Below are positions 61,801 through 64,000 of a stretch of DNA of 64,000 bases, piece by piece. Position 1 is the first letter of the stretch; each line of letters starts with the position of its first letter. The stretch is taken from NCBI GenBank assembly GCA_964016885.1, contig OZ024748.1, positions 3,658,001-3,722,000 on the forward strand. The letters run 5' to 3'. This stretch comes from Eledone cirrhosa. Lineage: Eukaryota. Under the pieces are notes generated by a model that saw only the letters and a list, made by a program, of their open reading frames with translations, was not told where the DNA came from and searched no databases. Position numbers and translations under genes: made by a program.

Positions 61801-63381
61801 AAATGGGGTTCCTCCGAAGGGTCTTTGGAGTAAAGTTACTCAATAGAGTGGGTAGCTCAAAGATCAGAAAGTTGTTCCAGGTAGAGCCGCTACTTCTCTA
61901 AATTGAGAGATCACAGCTCCATTACTATAGGAATGTGGTTAGAATGTCTCAGGAAAGAATCGCTAGACAGATTTTATAAGCAAAACCAACCGGCAGGAGA
62001 CCCAGTTGGAGATGGTTGCTTTTGACGGCACCCGCTGGAAGGAGTGTAAGAAGAAAAAAAAAAAAAAAAAGCAGCAGCAGCTGTCAAGGGAAATAACTCG
62101 CGCAAAAATTATTTTCATATTATCTTGTTTTGTTATATAACATTTACAGTTTTAGAGTTGATCCTTTTGATAACAAAAACCGCCCCTGGTTCCATGATAC
62201 AAAAACTGTGTTTTCAAATTTTTGTATTTCTCAGAAAACCTTCCATTATAATTTTATGTAAGAACCTTTACTGCCACTAAAGGATGATGAATATATTAGT
62301 ATTTTACCTACCAGATCCTTGCGGAAGATCTGACCGGGAGTGAATTTCAAAGCCTCCGCCATATTTGGAAAGTAATTGTTCTTCGAGAGACATTGGAGAT
62401 GTTAAACTAATAAGATTCACACAAAGGAAAGCTGCTTTAATAAGAGCCCCTGAAAAATCAAACAAACACACATAAAAAACATACATGAGAGTGTGTAGAT
62501 CAAAGTGAGAGTCGTGTTTTGTAGGACATTGTTGTGGGGGTGGGGAGTTAAACAAGAATTCATTACTGAGACAAACATTACTAGTTCAAGTATAAATATT
62601 TTCTGTCTGTAAACATTACCTTGTGAATGTGGATTAAAATAATCTTCCACCTGGTTTAACTCTTCAATGACCAGATGAACAGTGTCATAGACAATAACAA
62701 TCTGTGGACTAAGTAACAAAAAGAAAAAGAATGAAATGAAAGCAAAGACAATAATCTATAAATTTACCATATAAGAGGTGTATATGGAGGTTTATAGATG
62801 TTTATTTATAGTAAACATGAAAGCATATATAAGTCTCACTATGAACATTTTAAGCTGTTATCTCAATAATGTTTGTTAATGTTTACTAATAATTGTTTCT
62901 ACTTTTGGCACAAGGCCAGCAATAACCCAGTGCATTACTGGTACTTTATTTTATCAACCCCGTAATTGTTTGCTAATAATGTTTATTAATAATGGGTGTA
63001 TAAAGCTGTAAGGTGGTTGGTGTGAGGAAGGGCATCCAGCCATAGGAAACCTGACCTGTCTCACCTTATATGTGACAACCTGTCTAACCCAAGCAAACAT
63101 GAAATATATATATATATACTTGCGACGCTAAACTCCGCCAGTTGCAGATTGCGCATCAACATGTGATATCTCTCTCCACAAAGTTTGATCACCAGCAGCA
63201 GAGTTCAAAGAGTAAAGATCAAGTCCAGTCCATGAATTGACATTGTCAAGCCATCATTTTGGCTGCCGGCCTCTGCTTCTCTTAACAGCCAACCTTCCTT
63301 CCAGACATAACCTACTCACACCATGATTTGATCTTTTTATATGACTATAGTTTGAGTACTCTTGACTTGACAATTGATGTA

Positions 63382-63414
<33 letters not shown>

Positions 63415-63731
63415 GAGCACTAGTCAAAAATATAAACCATTATTTTCTGAGTTAAAATTCTGTTGGGGATAATCTTGCTAGTTATTTTAGCAACCCTGGG
63501 TAGGTGAAAGTCAAGTACTGAGTTTGATTTAACTCAGTACTCCCTCCGCCACAGCATTTAAGGCTTTGTGCCTATGTTCGAAAAAAAATACAACACACAC
63601 ATAAAAAAAGACACTCAAAAATACAAACTCACATACATACACATACATTTCATTTCAAACTAAAACAAATGATTAAAATCCAAACAAAAGTTTTACCTTT
63701 GAATTCTTTTCGCCTTTACTTGAATTGGTTT
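58775..63731 (-). CDS. FCSK: L-fucose kinase (GHMP kinase domain), 3' part; 8 exons, 321 aa visible, 5' part outside window
   Basis: Exons 63731-63697, 62708-62620, 62449-62312, 61537-61443, 61148-60930, 60236-60137, 59586-59363, 58840-58775 join in frame (966 nt). Motifs present: [71 protein letters not shown]. Confidence 0.93.
59363..59586 (-). CDS. FCSK: FCSK exon (DLESVGQC...MAPGCEP...GAGGGGF)
   Basis: GHMP motif III (GAGGGG). Confidence 0.95.
60137..60236 (-). CDS. FCSK: FCSK exon ([10 protein letters not shown]...FAQG)
   Basis: ttttcag| and G|gtattt; VxRxWYAR motif. Confidence 0.92.
60930..61148 (-). CDS. FCSK: FCSK exon ([17 protein letters not shown]...ARNLLQ)
   Basis: GGWQDQ motif; phase 0/0. 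Confidence 0.95.
61443..61537 (-). CDS. FCSK: FCSK exon ([12 protein letters not shown]...LLHS)
   Basis: Second half of the GHMP loop; atag| and |gtgagg. Confidence 0.93.
61710..62050 (+). mobile_element. Second copy of the same RTE 3' fragment, in an FCSK intron
   Basis: Clear similarity to 54964-55350; A-tracts on both sides. Confidence 0.8.
62312..62449 (-). CDS. FCSK: FCSK exon (GALIKAAF...LPQGSG)
   Basis: First half of the GHMP ATP-binding loop; ttttcag| and G|gtaggt. Confidence 0.93.
62620..62708 (-). CDS. FCSK: FCSK exon (PQIVIVYD...EDYFNPHSQG)
   Basis: ttag| and G|gtaatg splice sites; DYxxPHxxG precedes GALIKAAF. Confidence 0.85.
63697..63731 (-). CDS. FCSK: FCSK 35-nt micro-exon (KPIQVKAKRIQS)
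   Basis: ctatag| acceptor and AG|gtaaaa donor; phase 2 fits the next exon; resembles the PIxxxAxRI segment of fucokinases. Confidence 0.75.
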
Positions 63732-64000
63732 CTATAGCAAATTGGGAATGAATAAACAGAAGAAATATAGAAAAAAATATTTCAAAAAGGCCATTAAACA
63801 GTTCTTAAACTTTTACTACATTATAGTTTTCTAACCTGGATATAGAACTAGAAATATCAGTAATAAGGTATCATCAATGTAGACTTCTGGTGTGCTTGGC
63901 CCACCTCCCGAGTCACCACTGTGGAGACATCTGGTGTCCTTGGCTCTAGGGCCACCTCTCTACTCACTACAATCAGCATGGAGTTGGCTACCCACAGGTG

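Noticed and set aside
1-64000. Prokaryotic operon, defence system or contaminant
   Set aside because: Spliceosomal introns, SINEs/LINEs and microsatellites throughout; no dense uninterrupted ORFs

Overview
Eukaryotic, very AT-rich, microsatellite-saturated genomic DNA. The repeat landscape suggests an octopod cephalopod (inference only). There is one 200-N gap at 31837-32036. Two spliced genes could be rebuilt by hand with GT-AG junctions in consistent phase. The first is a complete 10-exon DNAJA2-like class A Hsp40 on + (27782-54167, 404 aa, 15-kb first intron). The second is the last 8 exons of a convergent L-fucose kinase (FCSK/FUK) on - (58775-63731; the gene continues beyond the window). 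The rest is mostly mobile DNA: a decayed TTAA-flanked piggyBac in DNAJA intron 5; about 10 copies of a ~200-bp MITE sharing its termini; Tc1/Tigger-like MITEs; CR1- and RTE-type LINE fragments; tRNA-derived SINEs; fold-back repeats with degenerate hammerhead-ribozyme-like cores; and multi-kb (TA/TG) arrays that create the spurious YIYI ORFs. The best leads for something undescribed are a candidate small secreted, neuropeptide-like precursor gene at 17369-18784 with a neighbouring exon-like island at 15735-16350, and the dense set of inverted repeats inside the DNAJA pre-mRNA. Both are unverified.
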